Assembly: GCA_036172245.1 (NCBI GenBank)
Contig: JAYWIR010000034.1
Location: 1,798,001 to 1,862,000 of the forward strand
Origin: Raillietiella orientalis
Lineage: Eukaryota
Reading direction: 5' to 3'
Length of the DNA stretch: 64,000 nucleotides
Below are positions 13,701 to 26,500 of this stretch, piece after piece; position 1 is the stretch's first letter; every line of letters starts with the position of its first letter. A program made the translations under genes and the position numbers. The notes under the pieces are model-generated. The model searched no databases, was not told where the DNA came from, and saw only the letters and a program-made list of their open reading frames with translations.

Positions 13701-14299
13701 GGTCCAATCGATTCGCGGTTTCAAATGCTTATGGCATGTTCGAAGCAAAACTCCCGTGATTTGATGGGGAGAGGAACGGGGGATTCCAGAGACTCCAGAC
13801 GTCCTTCCGCAAGGTAATTGTTTGTTTATCCAAACCAACATGAGGAAGGAAATGAAATTGGGAGCACATCTTTGCAAAGGTCAACCGCGGGAGGAGACGT
13901 CAACCGTAAACGCCCAAACCATTCCCCCCACGGGCGATGCGTGTGGCTTTTCGATGCCCAGAAGGCCGCACGTGGAGGATGACCATATGACGTCGTTGCC
14001 TGGGATCTCGCACATACGAGAAATAACGGGCGTTTCCAACTCCTCAATCCTGCGGTGAAGTTTCCCGTAGCGCGCCCCCAGCTCCTTCCTTGGAGACCGT
14101 TGCTCGGCCGCTCTTGGAACTTCCCCAAGTTCTTCACTCGCGGGCCCCGGGTGAGTCCCAACGTGTGTTCAACCCCGAGAGCATTGGAAACTTTTGATAG
14201 GGAACGTGAAACTCACAGCGGAGGCAACTTTTAGCCCGAACGGCAACGAACGAAAATGGTCTTGGGATGGGATTGCCTCGCAATCCGTCATCCGAGTAA

Positions 14300-17100
14300 G
14301 TAACGGTGACGGCAACAAAAAACAAAAAAAATTACGAAACAAGAATAATGCATTTTATCGGTTAGAACAATCGCGGTGAGGCTGTGAAATTTCATCATAT
14401 TCTCCACAAGGCAATTAAGCAATCGGCAAAGAAGCAAAATGTTGGTTTACAAAATGGTCAACAGCTGGAAGAAATATGGGAAATCCACATTAATGCAATG
14501 GTCCTAAAGAGACCCTACATTAAGCATGGAAAACGCACATGTAAAATAGGTGTTTATGCTTAAAGCTTTTTCAATGTCAAGAATAGAATGATATCCTGGT
14601 AACATTTGTAATTACAGCCCTAGCGAAAAAGATGAATTTATACTTTATGATATAGATACTGTATTAAAGGTTTGCCTGTGTTCAGAACAGAACCAGTTCA
14701 TCAAAGTGGATCTCTAAGCCAAACCTCCGATCAACATAAATCAAACCTAGAAAAACTCCTTAAGACAATGACTCAATTTGCTGTCACCCAAAAATAAGAA
14801 CACACTGAATCTTACAACAGTCCAGAATCCTTACATGATATGCCAAAAGTACCAAGTTTTATAAAGTAGTTGCACAAAATGTGCATGCAGAGGCCTCTTT
14901 CCATTCTTAATTCATGGCAGTCATGAATAACAGACACCTCATGATGATGATTACTGTCTCAAAATGATGAAACTTGTAGGATAGTGATGATACCTGACAT
15001 CAACATCATCACTGTGTGTGCTCTTGCAAATTTAATCATCCGAGTTTGTTATTCAAAGTCCCAAATAAAAGAAACCCACAAATCAATGTCAGGATCAAAC
15101 TTATATTTCACACAACACAGAAGATACAGTGCATCAGTTGAACAGACTGTCTAAAACGATTTGATTAGCTAAAACAGTAGCAAAATGCACTGCTTGAACT
15201 AAGGAAATTTGGATTTACTGAAGTTTCATGAATACTTTCTGCAGATCATGAGGTGCTGGAAGTGGGCTGGAACGAAAGCTTACTGCCTAAAATGCAATCG
15301 AACCGAATAAACTGGCTTCCAAACGATGAAAAGTCACTTCTCCTTACTACCTCTTTAAACTAAATTAAAAAACTACTGCTCAATATTGCAACTGCACAAG
15401 TGATTCCATCAACACAACGTACAGCTCATTAAGATTCCTTGATTACTGTAAAACGCACATTTGAAGGGATAGAGAGAGAAAAAAGGTATGGGTGCTGCAT
15501 GCGGTATACTTTTTGCCTGCTATACGTGGAATGTAAGGTATACTTTGACGGTAACTAGCATAAATCAAAACAGTCTTTTAAACATATTCCCATAATTATT
15601 AATTAAAATCGAATTTCAACTTCTGCAATGCATTTTATTTCTGATTTCCATATCTGAAGTGCAACTTGATAACCACCAACACATACACCAGCACACAAAT
15701 TCAAACTGGAATATTCAGAATTGCCAAGCACATTTATATTACAAATGGAAAAATAAGAGGTATTATTGCGAACATCAGATTTCAATTCTGAAAAATTTGG
15801 CACACATAAAGTAATTTGATTAAACAACTGGTAGCCTCTAAAATCCGTATCTTGATATATGGTTTTCATATGTGCGTCTCAAGAAATGCTTAGAGTCTTG
15901 TCATCAGGCACTTCGAGGTACTTGAATAAGTACTTTGTACAAAATTGAGAAGAAAAGGATACCATAGAATAGGAATTTGAGCCAATAGAACGAGCTGCTT
16001 CCCATAATTCAGTCTGTTTGAGTCTGTATTTTTCAAAAGACAGCTTAACTTCGACTGCTCTACTACAGTCCTAGTAAATAAATGGTGAAATTCTGCATTT
16101 GCGACTGATCTTCGAAAGAAATTGCTGAATTCAAACAGGGTTCTCAGCTTCGTAGCTACATTTTCTATAATCCGGAAATTCATTGTTTGATCAAATTGAT
16201 CTATTTGTTTCTTTGATTGCAAAATTTCCGTAAGAGAGGATTTTTTTTTTTTTTTTGGAAAAGTGGTGGTGCAGCTGTAAACTCAAAGGGACACTCCTAG
16301 AAAGTTAAGGACTATAAACAATCTTAATGCCAGAGCATGAGAGTTTCCAGTTCTCAAGTTTGATAAATGGGAATTATGAAACAGATTAGCGGATACTTTC
16401 TCTATTTAAAAATCTGGTCGAGTTAATTTAGAATTTTGGAAAAAATGTTTCATCTAAAAAAAAAAAAGCACTAAGTAACAAGAATTTCACATCGGCCAGG
16501 TGCGATTTCACACGTCTTGTGCGTAAAGGAGCTTGTGTTTAAGAAACCCTAGGTATGCATTCGAATTTATATTCTACTTAATAGTTGAAATCAAAAGGTT
16601 CTTTTTGCGAAAAAAAGGGAAAAAAATTGAAAAGTCCTTCTAAAACTGAATTTATGAGTACAGAACCCAAACATTCAAGTGTGATAAAAAAAAATGAATT
16701 TCTTTCTTGGCTTTCCCACTTTTTGGTATCATGATGAGTGATCAGTATGCGGTTTTGATAGTCATTCATTTAAATTACTCTGGCAAACAGCTGAAGCAGA
16801 ATCAGAGCAATTTTTTAAGAATTCAAGTATAACAGCACAGCATGCATAAGAGTCATCCATCTAGACAACATCTATCAAGGTTTTGTGACTCGTTATGCAT
16901 GGCTTTCGAAAACGTACCTTACACGGTGAAGTTATGGGCTTCTCGCCGAGAATACGAAGGACGATAAATATTCTTTAAAGATTCCTCATCGACTAAATCA
17001 CTGGTGCAAGATTGATGATTTGATTTTCACGCAATTCGTTACTGTATCGAGGAAAGTGCTTTCACAGCTGTAGAATACAAATCAGTTGTTTTATGAGGTT
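14300..17100. other. AT-rich (about 32-38% GC), CpG-depleted island without a recognisable gene
   Basis: Hand counts: 19/60 GC at 14581-14640 versus about 45/60 at 21541-21600; only 3 CpG in 14641-15240. Composition changes gradually from about 12.1 kb and returns to GC-rich by about 20 kb. Confidence 0.85.
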
Positions 17101-18982
17101 AAACAAAAGTGCAGAATAATCCGAATCTCAGCAATTCCTCGCGAGAAACCATCACATCGCACGAATTAGTTCTCTTTTCAGAAAGATGCGCATGGCATCA
17201 TTGTTTCACCCATTCCCTCGTCGCTCCGAATGCAGGCGGTGTGACTGTGATTCATTTGCTTGAGAAATGAGCTGAACAAGAATCAAAGCATGAGCAACCA
17301 TTGTAAGAGAAATTGTGAAATCAACCATTCCTGTTCCCGTGAAGTTTCAAATATTGCGCTCACACAAAAAGTGCTTCTATAGTAACGATGGACAAAAAAA
17401 GAGTGGATCGTGATGGCCGATGGTACTCAATGTCAAACAAGGAGAAGATAAAGGATGAGGAAACGACATGCATGCTTTCTTTGGAGTAGAGAAAAAAATT
17501 CTTTTGCGTAGGAGGGAACCTTTCTCTGGTACAAGGAGTTGTCTCCGTCCATCCACTCTCACTATGCTCACATTCGTTATCCAATGAGGCAGTTTTAAAT
17601 TGAATGAGAAAAAAAAATCTCAGAAGAAGCGAGAACTTCTCGAAGGAGAAGCTCGAGATTCCCAATGAGGACAACTAGCAACCGAACCGAGGAACCTCAG
17701 GGAATGTTTTGCGTTCGGAGAAGTGACCACGTCACTCACCCTTTCAGGAATGCAATTTATTCCGGTAGCATCCTTCTTTAGTCAAGACTTTTATGAAGTG
17801 GAGCCAATGATGAATTCTCGATGCACCGACAGTCGTTTCGATGCGACGATGACCAGGGAGATTCACTTCGGCTACCAGAAGTGATCCTTCTCCACATAAT
17901 CAGTATTGGGCTTCATGTGGTGACCGACTCACAGCACGAACTTGTATACCCGACGGGCAGGTGTGTCACGGAGCAGAGGCGAGTCGAGTTGCACGGAAAG
18001 TTTGAAACACATCAAAGATCAAAGCCTTCATGTCCTGTTTTTAAACACAGCGATGTTCCTTTCAGAATTTTCTTAATGCACTTTGAACTTGCACGAATTT
18101 TTCATTTATTTATTTATTTTTTTTCATGATGGGGTTTTTGGACCCAGATCAACAGAACACTGTCACGCTTCCTATTTAAGATGTAAGAAATCTCGGTGGG
18201 TTAACAATATTTCAAGCACAGCTGAATGGAGACATGTGGGAAAACAACTTTCGGATGCTGTGGATGATGATCGTGGAGCTGTTCGGAAAGTAAGCTGCGG
18301 GGTCTTCATCTTGTCCTACATGAGACTTACACTCCTTGGGTTTTCAATCTCATGGGAGTGTGCCTACGGGAGCATTCAGAGACTTTACTACTCCATCCTG
18401 CAGCGAGCAGCTACCGCAGATTATGGTAACCGGCGACGAGAGGAATCACAACAGTATACGCCGACCATAAATTTCATGTGATGACAAATCTCGCCAAAAT
18501 GATGAATAATTGCTCCATTTTTCGATCTGATGGAAGCCATCTTGCAGGACGTGAGAGCGAAGCGCAAGTTTCTCCCGGGAAGGATGGCTCGGTGAGGGCG
18601 CATGAATGATTGCCGCAGCGATCAGGTTGCCTCCGCGACATCGCTGACAACCGACTGTCCTGAAAAACTCTTTCGGCATCCGAGTTTTCGAAGAATTTCA
18701 TTTCGAAACTTGGCGCTTGCTGCTCTCTCGTCAGGAGCGCTTCTTGAGCTGCCGCCGCTGCGAGTCTGCTGCGAGGTCTTCGCTCGATGCGCGGATTGAT
18801 AACCGGTGGCTCAACAACGTGGCTCTGATTTGGAGGAAGCGATGACACGCACCGGTGGCAGTGCAGGCCCATCAAAGAGGGCCTGTTCCCCATGCCAACT
18901 CGGATGAGGAATTCCAGTCTGCAGTAGACGCTGCAAGTCAGCGAGGATCCGTCCAGTCGGTGGCACCATCCGGAAACGCATG

Positions 18983-19036
18983 CAGGGACTCGCGCAGGTG
19001 CTCCTTTCAGGCCTTCCCGCGGACGGCGCCGCACTC
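18983..19036 (-). pseudogene. Decayed duplicate fragment of exon 3 of the coiled-coil gene at 21317-23569
   Basis: 50/54 nt identical, ungapped, to 22778-22831. It reads ECGAVRGKA*KEHLRESL versus ECGAVRGKAFKEHLRESL in the gene (TTC->TGA). Weak gapped similarity continues to about 18940. Confidence 0.8.
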
Positions 19037-21316
19037 CACATGAACCGCGCGCGACCCTTCTCATCCAGGGACATCATCGAAAGGAGGATGGGCCGAAATT
19101 TTAGGAAAAGGATGAATATTCCCTACCATCCAATGGACTCGGTGCTCGGTTTCCCTCACTCCCAGCGAGTACATCGGCTTCTTTGCTCTGTTCCTTCCGT
19201 TTCGCGCAGTCAGCAAACAGAATTGAAAGGAAAAGAAAATCAGTCAATTCGACATGACGTGAAGGGTCGCACCTTGGACGGCGAAGATGACCCTTCTGAT
19301 CGCTCGCTCTTTTAAGCAGATATCCCGCTCAAGTTGCAGATTTGAAAGACAGTAAAGGTGCTTTATCGCCACGATGACTTTCGGGAATCACCTTGCCTTA
19401 ATTCAACTTATGGTCCGCTTCCGCGGCAGTCCACTGGGACACGTGCACGGATGTACCTCGAGGTCGTGGAAGGCACGTCTTTTCCATTTGCTTTGCCCGA
19501 GGCCGTTGATGGTAGGAAGAACCCTTTGGGTGCCCCGTCCCCCAGTGCATTGGTGTGTTCTGTGCCTCCTCTTGGAATGCAGGAGCCGAAAAAGATTTCG
19601 CATTGCCATTGCACTCTTCCCCTCGACGCCAAGGTGCTTTGGAGCTGCGAAAGACCTGCAATTTTCGTTTCTTTGCTCCGGTTTTTGCATCTGGAAGACG
19701 CACTGGTGCTTCCCTCCCTCCGGCTGCACGCCCCCATCTTCGAGGGCATCCACTCTTCTGGGATGTTCCGCACTTCAGTTCCGGCACGCTCCGTCTTTCG
19801 CTCCCTTTCGTTTCCCCCGTGCGGCCAGCGGCGAAACTGGAACCGCGCGGGAGATCCATGTCGCATGGGAAGAGCTACCCGCCTTGCTTGTACGGTACAG
19901 AACGCGCCGGTCCGCAAGTCGGCAGGATGAAAGAATAATAATAACGGTCGCGCAGGGACGAGGAGTGGAAATGAAGAGATGAACAGATAAATAGAAGAAA
20001 GATAGAATAAATGGGGTTTTGGACGCGGAAACATTGAATGGACTCCTGTTGAAAAAAGGGAGGGAGAGAGGAAGAGGGGATCGTTAGACGGCTGCCCTAC
20101 GCTTCTCCCTTGACCTGCAGTGCAGATATTCGAACGTCTGGAACAGGTGGAGCCACTGAGCTACCCTCTTCGTCGTCACGGGGATGAGAAAGGGTGGACG
20201 AAGGGACATCGCCGGCGCTGCAGCTGCTCCACAGCCGCGATTGTGCCGCCCGGAGGCAGCACAGTGTCACTAGTGGCCAGGTCCGGTGGGGCCTCGCTCG
20301 CCGTCGGGTGATGGGGAGGTAGAAACCGTGACCACGCTACAGGGGGCCCTCGTGGTTTCGGTTGAACCTAAAGCAGGGTTGTCGTCGGGAAGGAGGCGTC
20401 GCTGCCGACGCGAGAGGAGTACGGCGGAGCTCGGGTCGCCCGCAAGCTACCCTCCAGAAAAGAAGGAAAAAGATAGCGACCGGCTTCTTCCAGACATCCT
20501 CCGGAAGCGAACGGGGCCGTCGTCGGAGCCCGGGGACGGAATCGAATCCCTTCGCTGTCCTGTGAGCGTCCCTCGAGGTCGAGGAGGGCATCGAGAGTGA
20601 GAAGGACGTAGGGGATTGCGGGAACAGAGCCTCGGGGAGTGGGAGAAGCGGAGCCGAGGCTCTTGCGATGCCTAAGAGAAACCAAGAAGATAGACACCCT
20701 CGGACCTCAGTCGCTCCGGGACCCCCACCTGAGTCAGGAGTGGGCGGGCCGTACAGACGGGGTCGCCGCCTGTGACGGAATCGCCGGACGCGGGATGCGA
20801 GCACCCTTCCCCCCGGATACCTCTCCGGGATTTTCTCCGGAGACCTCCACGCATCTTCCCGGAGATCAAGAGGAGTGCGGCCGGCGCACGCCCACCCCCT
20901 AAAGGGGAGCAGTCTCCCCACTGCTAGCTGGAGGGCGCTGCTGGAGGAGTGACCCCGAAGGCGGTTCCAGCCCGACTTGAGAGACTTCCAGGGCGGCAGC
21001 TGTTCCTTCCTTACTGCTTAAGAGACCGCCTCGGGGCAGCGGATCGCCTGGGAACAGCCCAGCGCGCTTCTGGAGGCCTGACCCGCGCAAAGGAATGGAC
21101 GCGCCCCAGAGCGAGCTTTCCCGGATGCCCGCTCGCCCTCTGCCGGATGGCCGGCGGTGGCCCCTGAGAGCGGGCTTCCCCCCCCTTGACCCCATTTTCT
21201 GCCTCAGGCGGCGGCTGCAGTTTGGCCTCGGGTGAGTCCTCACGCTGTATTTCCTGTGCAATTTGTGCCGGCGTTCCGGGAGAGGCGGCGTGCGGTTACC
21301 GGATGGGGGGCTTCTG

Positions 21317-23569
21317 CTACTCCTCGAGCTCGCGCGGGCAGCCCGTGGCGGCAGCATCGACCTGGAGGAACGAGCTGCTGCTGCCCCCCCGCCCGTCCAC
21401 CCGGGGGAGGCAAGGGGGGAAAGAGGCGGAGCAGAGGGGCGGACTACCTGGTGCTGCTTCAAAGGGGCGCCGCCCTCTCTGCTCAGCTGCGCCAGTTCGC
21501 TCCTCATCGCCGCGACCGACGACTCGATGCGGGCGGTCCTCGACGACAGCCTGCGGACGTCGCGGCGGAGATACTCTCGCCGGCGGAGCACCTCGCCGCG
21601 GCTCGCCTCCAGCTCCTGGCGGATCCTGGCCAGCTCTCGCAGCCGCTCCCTGATGAGGAGGATCGCGTCCCTGTGTTCCGTCCACACCCGGTCCCTTTCC
21701 CGCATGGGGGGGATCCGGGAGAGCCGCTCCTTCGCCTCGGTCACTTTCCTCAGCCAGAGAGACTCCTGGGGTGGAAGAGCGGGGCGGAAGTCAGCTCGGG
21801 GGAAGCACGCTCGGGTGCCCTTTTACCTGTCCCCGGAGGTACTCTCCCTGGAGCTGCAGGGACCGCGCCTCTCGCCTCTCCTCCTCCAGCAGGCCCTCGA
21901 TGTCCCTCCGCTCCTCCTCGTGCCGGAGGCGCAACTGGCTGCGGAAGGCGGTAAGGGAGTGGATCTCTTCCCGGCGCCGGCCCAGGCGCTCCCACAGCAG
22001 CTCCACAACGCTGCGGCTGGCGTCCTGCCGTTCCTGGCAGTCCAGGAGGGACTCCCGCGCCTCCTTGCGTGACGCGCGCAGCGCCTCTAGCCTCCTCCGC
22101 AGCGTTTCCAGCCGTTCCCGCTCGCTCGACAGCAGCCGCCCCAGCTCCCTCTTCTCCCGCACTGTCCTCTGGAGCCGTGCGCCCAGGACGGGAACCTGGG
22201 GAAAGACAGCGGCGTGAGCGCGCGCTCCTCCACGGTGGCCCCCCACGGCGACAGCAGGGAAAATGGGGGAGGGAACGACTTTTACCGCGAGTTCCTCCTG
22301 GCGCACCTCCTGCTCCAGCTGGAGCAGGAAGGCGCTCAGGGCGGCTCCCTCCTGCGTAAGGGCGTCCAGCCTCCGGCACGCATGTGCCTGGTCCACGTGA
22401 TCCCCACACTCTTCAGATTGATTGCCGGTGGTCAGGTGGTGCAGCTCCAGCTCAAGCTGCTGCTTCCGCCGGCAGACGACCAGGTGTTCCTGGTGCAGCT
22501 CCTCCTCCTCCTGCGAGCAGTCCCTCAGGGTGCCCAGGGCGCCCTTGAGTTCCCTCTCGGCGTCCTCCGCGGCGGCGGACGCCCACCTCACCTGGGCGCC
22601 CGCCTTCTCCGTCTCCAGGCAGAGGTGCTGCTGCTCGAACCTCTTCTGCGCCAGCTGCAACGGGCTCTCCAGGCGTCCGGCGCGCGTCCAGAATCACCCT
22701 CCCTCCCCAGGAGGTACCTTCCCTAGCAGGGCTTTCGCCTCTCGCGACAGATCCTCCCTCGCCTGCCGCACCCTCTCCAGGGACTCGCGCAGATGCTCCT
22801 TGAAGGCCTTCCCGCGGACAGCGCCGCACTCGCTGCGAAGGGCGAGCTTGCCGTGGTGGGTGATGATGGCGCGCAGCACGCCGTGGCGCGCCCGCAGGCT
22901 GCGCACCTCCAGCAGATGCTGCTTCCGGTATTTTTCCAACTTGGCGTCAGCCAGGCGGCTGCGCAGGGACGCGTTGTACTTGCGCTGCAGCCCCCGAAAT
23001 TCCCGGATCCTGTCCAGGGCTTTCTGAAGGTTCCTCGCCTCGAACTCCAAAAGGGACAGCTGGAATGGACCCCCGGGATCAGGAAGAGCGAGAGCCAGGC
23101 GCCTCCTCCTTCGAGCTCCTTGCCCAGTGGAGGAAACGCCGCCGTGCGGACACCTCATGAGGCTTGGTGCTCCTCCTCTTCCCGGGACCGGCAGGCCTCG
23201 AGGCTTCGCTCTGCCCTGAAGAGCGCAGCGCGCTGCTGCCCACCTCCGCCTTTACCTCTCGGTCCATAGTCCCGACGATGGCCCTCACGGACTTCCCGTC
23301 CAAGGTCGTCCGCTTCTTCTGCTGCGACCTCGAAAGCACGTCTTCCGCGGAGAGCGTCCGTCTCTCGGGGCTGTCGGCGTCTCCTGGCAAGGGGGCGTTC
23401 GAACAGGGTCAGTAGGGGCTTCTCCCTCCGGATGGGGGACGGCGCGCGAGGCTTCCGCACAGGCGGTACCTTTGCGTCCTTCCAGGAAGGAATCCCAGGA
23501 GACGCAGGGCCTGACCCGAACTGCCTCTTTTCTCCGGCGACGCTTCTGTCCTTCCTCCTCGGCAGTCAT
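21317..23569 (-). CDS. Uncharacterised long coiled-coil protein, about 556 aa
   Basis: Exons 23569-23470, 23383-23256, 23059-22718, 22654-22286, 22195-21827, 21765-21448 and 21361-21317, with GT-AG introns and compatible phases (all but the first are phase 0). The ATG is in a gctgccATG context. The product is L/E/R/Q-rich with heptad character (LSLLEFEARNLQKALDRIREF; LLSSERERLETLRRRLEALRASRKEA). Family not recognised. Confidence 0.7.
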
Positions 23570-26500
23570 GGCAGCGCAAGCCGACGGCTTCCTCACCTCC
23601 TCCCTTGTGCCGTATGCGCAGAGATGCTGCTGGTCGAAGAACGCGGAGGACCTGCAACAAGAACCGCGCTTCAGAGCGGCAACGCAGCGGGCAAGCACCA
23701 CTCCCGAGAGCCCACCCACCTCTCCCCAACGGGAGGTTCCCTTCGACAGACAGAAGGGAAAAGCGCGTGTCTCGCAAAGATGCCTCTCACCCACGCCCCA
23801 TTTGCTGTTCCCCTGACCCCCACATCTGTCTGGAAACTGGGGAGAGGCGATGCCGTTGCTCCAACGGGCAGGGCAGGTGCAGCTGTCTCAACGCGCGCGG
23901 CGGCGTCTTCCCCTTTACGCGGGGCAACCTTCCCCCCCTCTTCCCTCCCTCTTCTTTTCCTTCTCCCCCCTCCTTTCCGCTTCCGTTTGAACGCCCTTCC
24001 CCCGTCCCGTCCCGTGAAATTGCCGCTCACGCCACGCCGCGGCAGCGCCATTCCGATTCCCTTCCTGCCCTTCCTGAAGAACAGACCCAAGGTTCGGGGA
24101 GGTCGCCGCACTACTCCGACATCCTGGCTTGCACTCCCCGTCTCGGGAGCACCAGAGCATTTCCACGCCAGCGGGAAAGAGCGGCAGCCGGGCACCAGCT
24201 GCAAGAAGGACCGGGCGTTTCGCAGAGCGCGCCTTCAGATGGGGACCACCAGACCCCGTCGACCCGAGGTCGTCCAGTCGGTGTACATTGGCGTTACGGA
24301 AGGGGGAAAGGATCTCGGGTGGAGCGGTGCCCCTGCCCCCGGCGGACACCTAAACGGCCCCGCCCTCCACCAGAGGAGTTCGGAAGCGCCTCTCCTTGCC
24401 TGCGCCGCGGCTGCCACAGCTTCGTCGCCGAAAGGGGCAGCACGGCAGAGCCATTCCGACCTCCTCACTGTTTGGGAACGATTCAACTTGTGACTTCAAT
24501 CGAGGTCAGCAAAGGATGGCATGGCTGGCATCCTTCATGGAATGCGAAGGGCATCCATTCCTTCATTCCTCCTTCTCCTCGGAGTCATTCCATTTTTTTG
24601 TTTTCTGACGTCTTTATTCATGCGTCCCTCCCCCGCAGTCCCCGAAGCGGATTTCACTAGGCAGGCAGCTCGGCGGCAGCGCCTCCTCACGACCCGGACT
24701 CCAGTGAGACGCGTGGTCTTCCCACCACTCTTTTCCCAGCGGCTACTTCCGGCAAAAGCTGTGCCAGCGCCATCGCGGGCGCACCAAGGGAGGCGGCGGC
24801 GGCGTCGCTTGACTCCTGGCAGCAGAGTGGGCGACCTCTGATGGGTTTGTCCGTCTGACCGCCACCGCTCGCTCGCACTCCCCTTCCGGAAGATTTCGAC
24901 TACTGGTGCCCTTAATCGGAAGTGCATGGGACGGGGAGAGCAGCTGTTCGTTTCTTCGGCGCTAGGCAGCCAGCCCGGAGGAGGGTTTCCTGCAGGCGCT
25001 TCCGTCCAAGGAACCGGACGACCCCAGTCAACCGGCATCGTCGCCGGTCCACTAGGGGGGAAATCCCCCCCCCCCCTGTTGCTCCTCCTTCTCCCTTTTT
25101 TGAGACTCCTCTCGTTTTCTTCCCGTCATTCTGGAGGCTGCGCTGTCTCGCAGAGGGCATTCGCTTGCAGCTGGTTTTCGGGAAGCAGAAGCTTCGGCGG
25201 GAGGAAGGAAGGCCTTCCGGAGGAGAATCCACCCTCTCACCGCGGCGCGCGCTTCTCTCCCAGCTCCCAGAGCAGCTGGGAAACTCCTGGATGCTTGTCA
25301 TGCAGAGCATCGATGCAGGAGGGTAGTCGGAGAAATGCGGCAGCTTCCTCTCGGGGTTCGTCCAAGCTTCCGCGAGCCCCCGCAGAGATGCGAACGACGC
25401 GCCACGGTTGCTTGGATGCCGGCTCCAGCATCAGTGCCTTCTTGCCTCCCCCTCCTCCCTCGCACTTGCAAAGGTTTCCCCACGCCGGCCGCCACGATCC
25501 TGCCTCGCTAGAAGGGATTTCTTGCGCTGTGGAGGCGCCGCGTTCATCTCCACGCTGGTGCGGTGTTCCTGGAGCGGTCAGCCAGATGTACGCGAGCCGA
25601 CGGTCAAGCAGCGCCGTGACGAGACGGGCAGCCGTAGCCTGCCTCCGCTGGGTGGAAGGGTTGCTCGAGCGCGTCGCTTCCCGAACGGCGTTCGTGAATC
25701 GCCCTTCAGCGGGACGTGCCTTTCTGGCCTTCCGTGCGAACGGCAGTTCCGGGACGCAGGAAGCCGGTCCAACGGCAGAGGGAGCCACGAACGGCCAGAA
25801 GGGACGGCGCAGCCGCAGCTGCCACCTGCGCACTCCCTTTCACGTCTTCCGGGGGGAGACGGGAGGAGCAGGCGCGCGACGCGCTAGCGAGGAGGGGAAG
25901 GAGCGTGAACAGGAGACCGACGGGGCGAGAGCGTCGCCGCCAGCACGCAAAGCGCTAGGCTGGCTGTCGCGCGCGCGCCGGCACAAAGCAAACGGCGCGC
26001 GCGGTGACTATCAGCGGGCGGAACGGGAGCGGCCTGCGCGTCCCTCGGAAGACGCGCAGACGGTCGCTGGGGCGGCTCGCGGCCGGCGGTAATCGGAAAC
26101 TCCGTGTCTGCGGGCGGGGAGCCTCACGCGGTCGAATTGCTGTCACGTGACCGCAGCAGCGCCAGGCAGGACGACGACGCTCGCGTATGAAGCCATGCGA
26201 TTCGTCCGTCCGTTTGAACACCCAAGCAGCAGCAGCAGCAGCGACAACGGGCCTCGCAGACAGCTCCGTCGTTACAACTCCACGTCGTCACCCTCCAGAG
26301 TGGCGGCAGGAGATCGATTTCGGGGCTGACTCGCTAGTGAGGAGGACGGGACAGAGCGCCGGGAACCTGTCCAAGTCCCCTTGGACCCCCGCTCGCTTCC
26401 TGGGACAACCTCGGCCGGAGCGGAAAGGGTAGAGGATGAGGAATTCAGGAAGATGCCTTTCCGCGCAGGATCCCAGGGAGGAGCCTTCCTCCAGGAAGAG

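Noticed and set aside
18472..18535. C/D-box snoRNA-like arrangement (GTGATGA..ATGATGA..CTGA with a short terminal stem); similar boxes at 14941-14997 and 16730-16794
   Set aside because: Short, and I could not identify a convincing rRNA or snRNA antisense guide. An Infernal or snoscan run would be needed.
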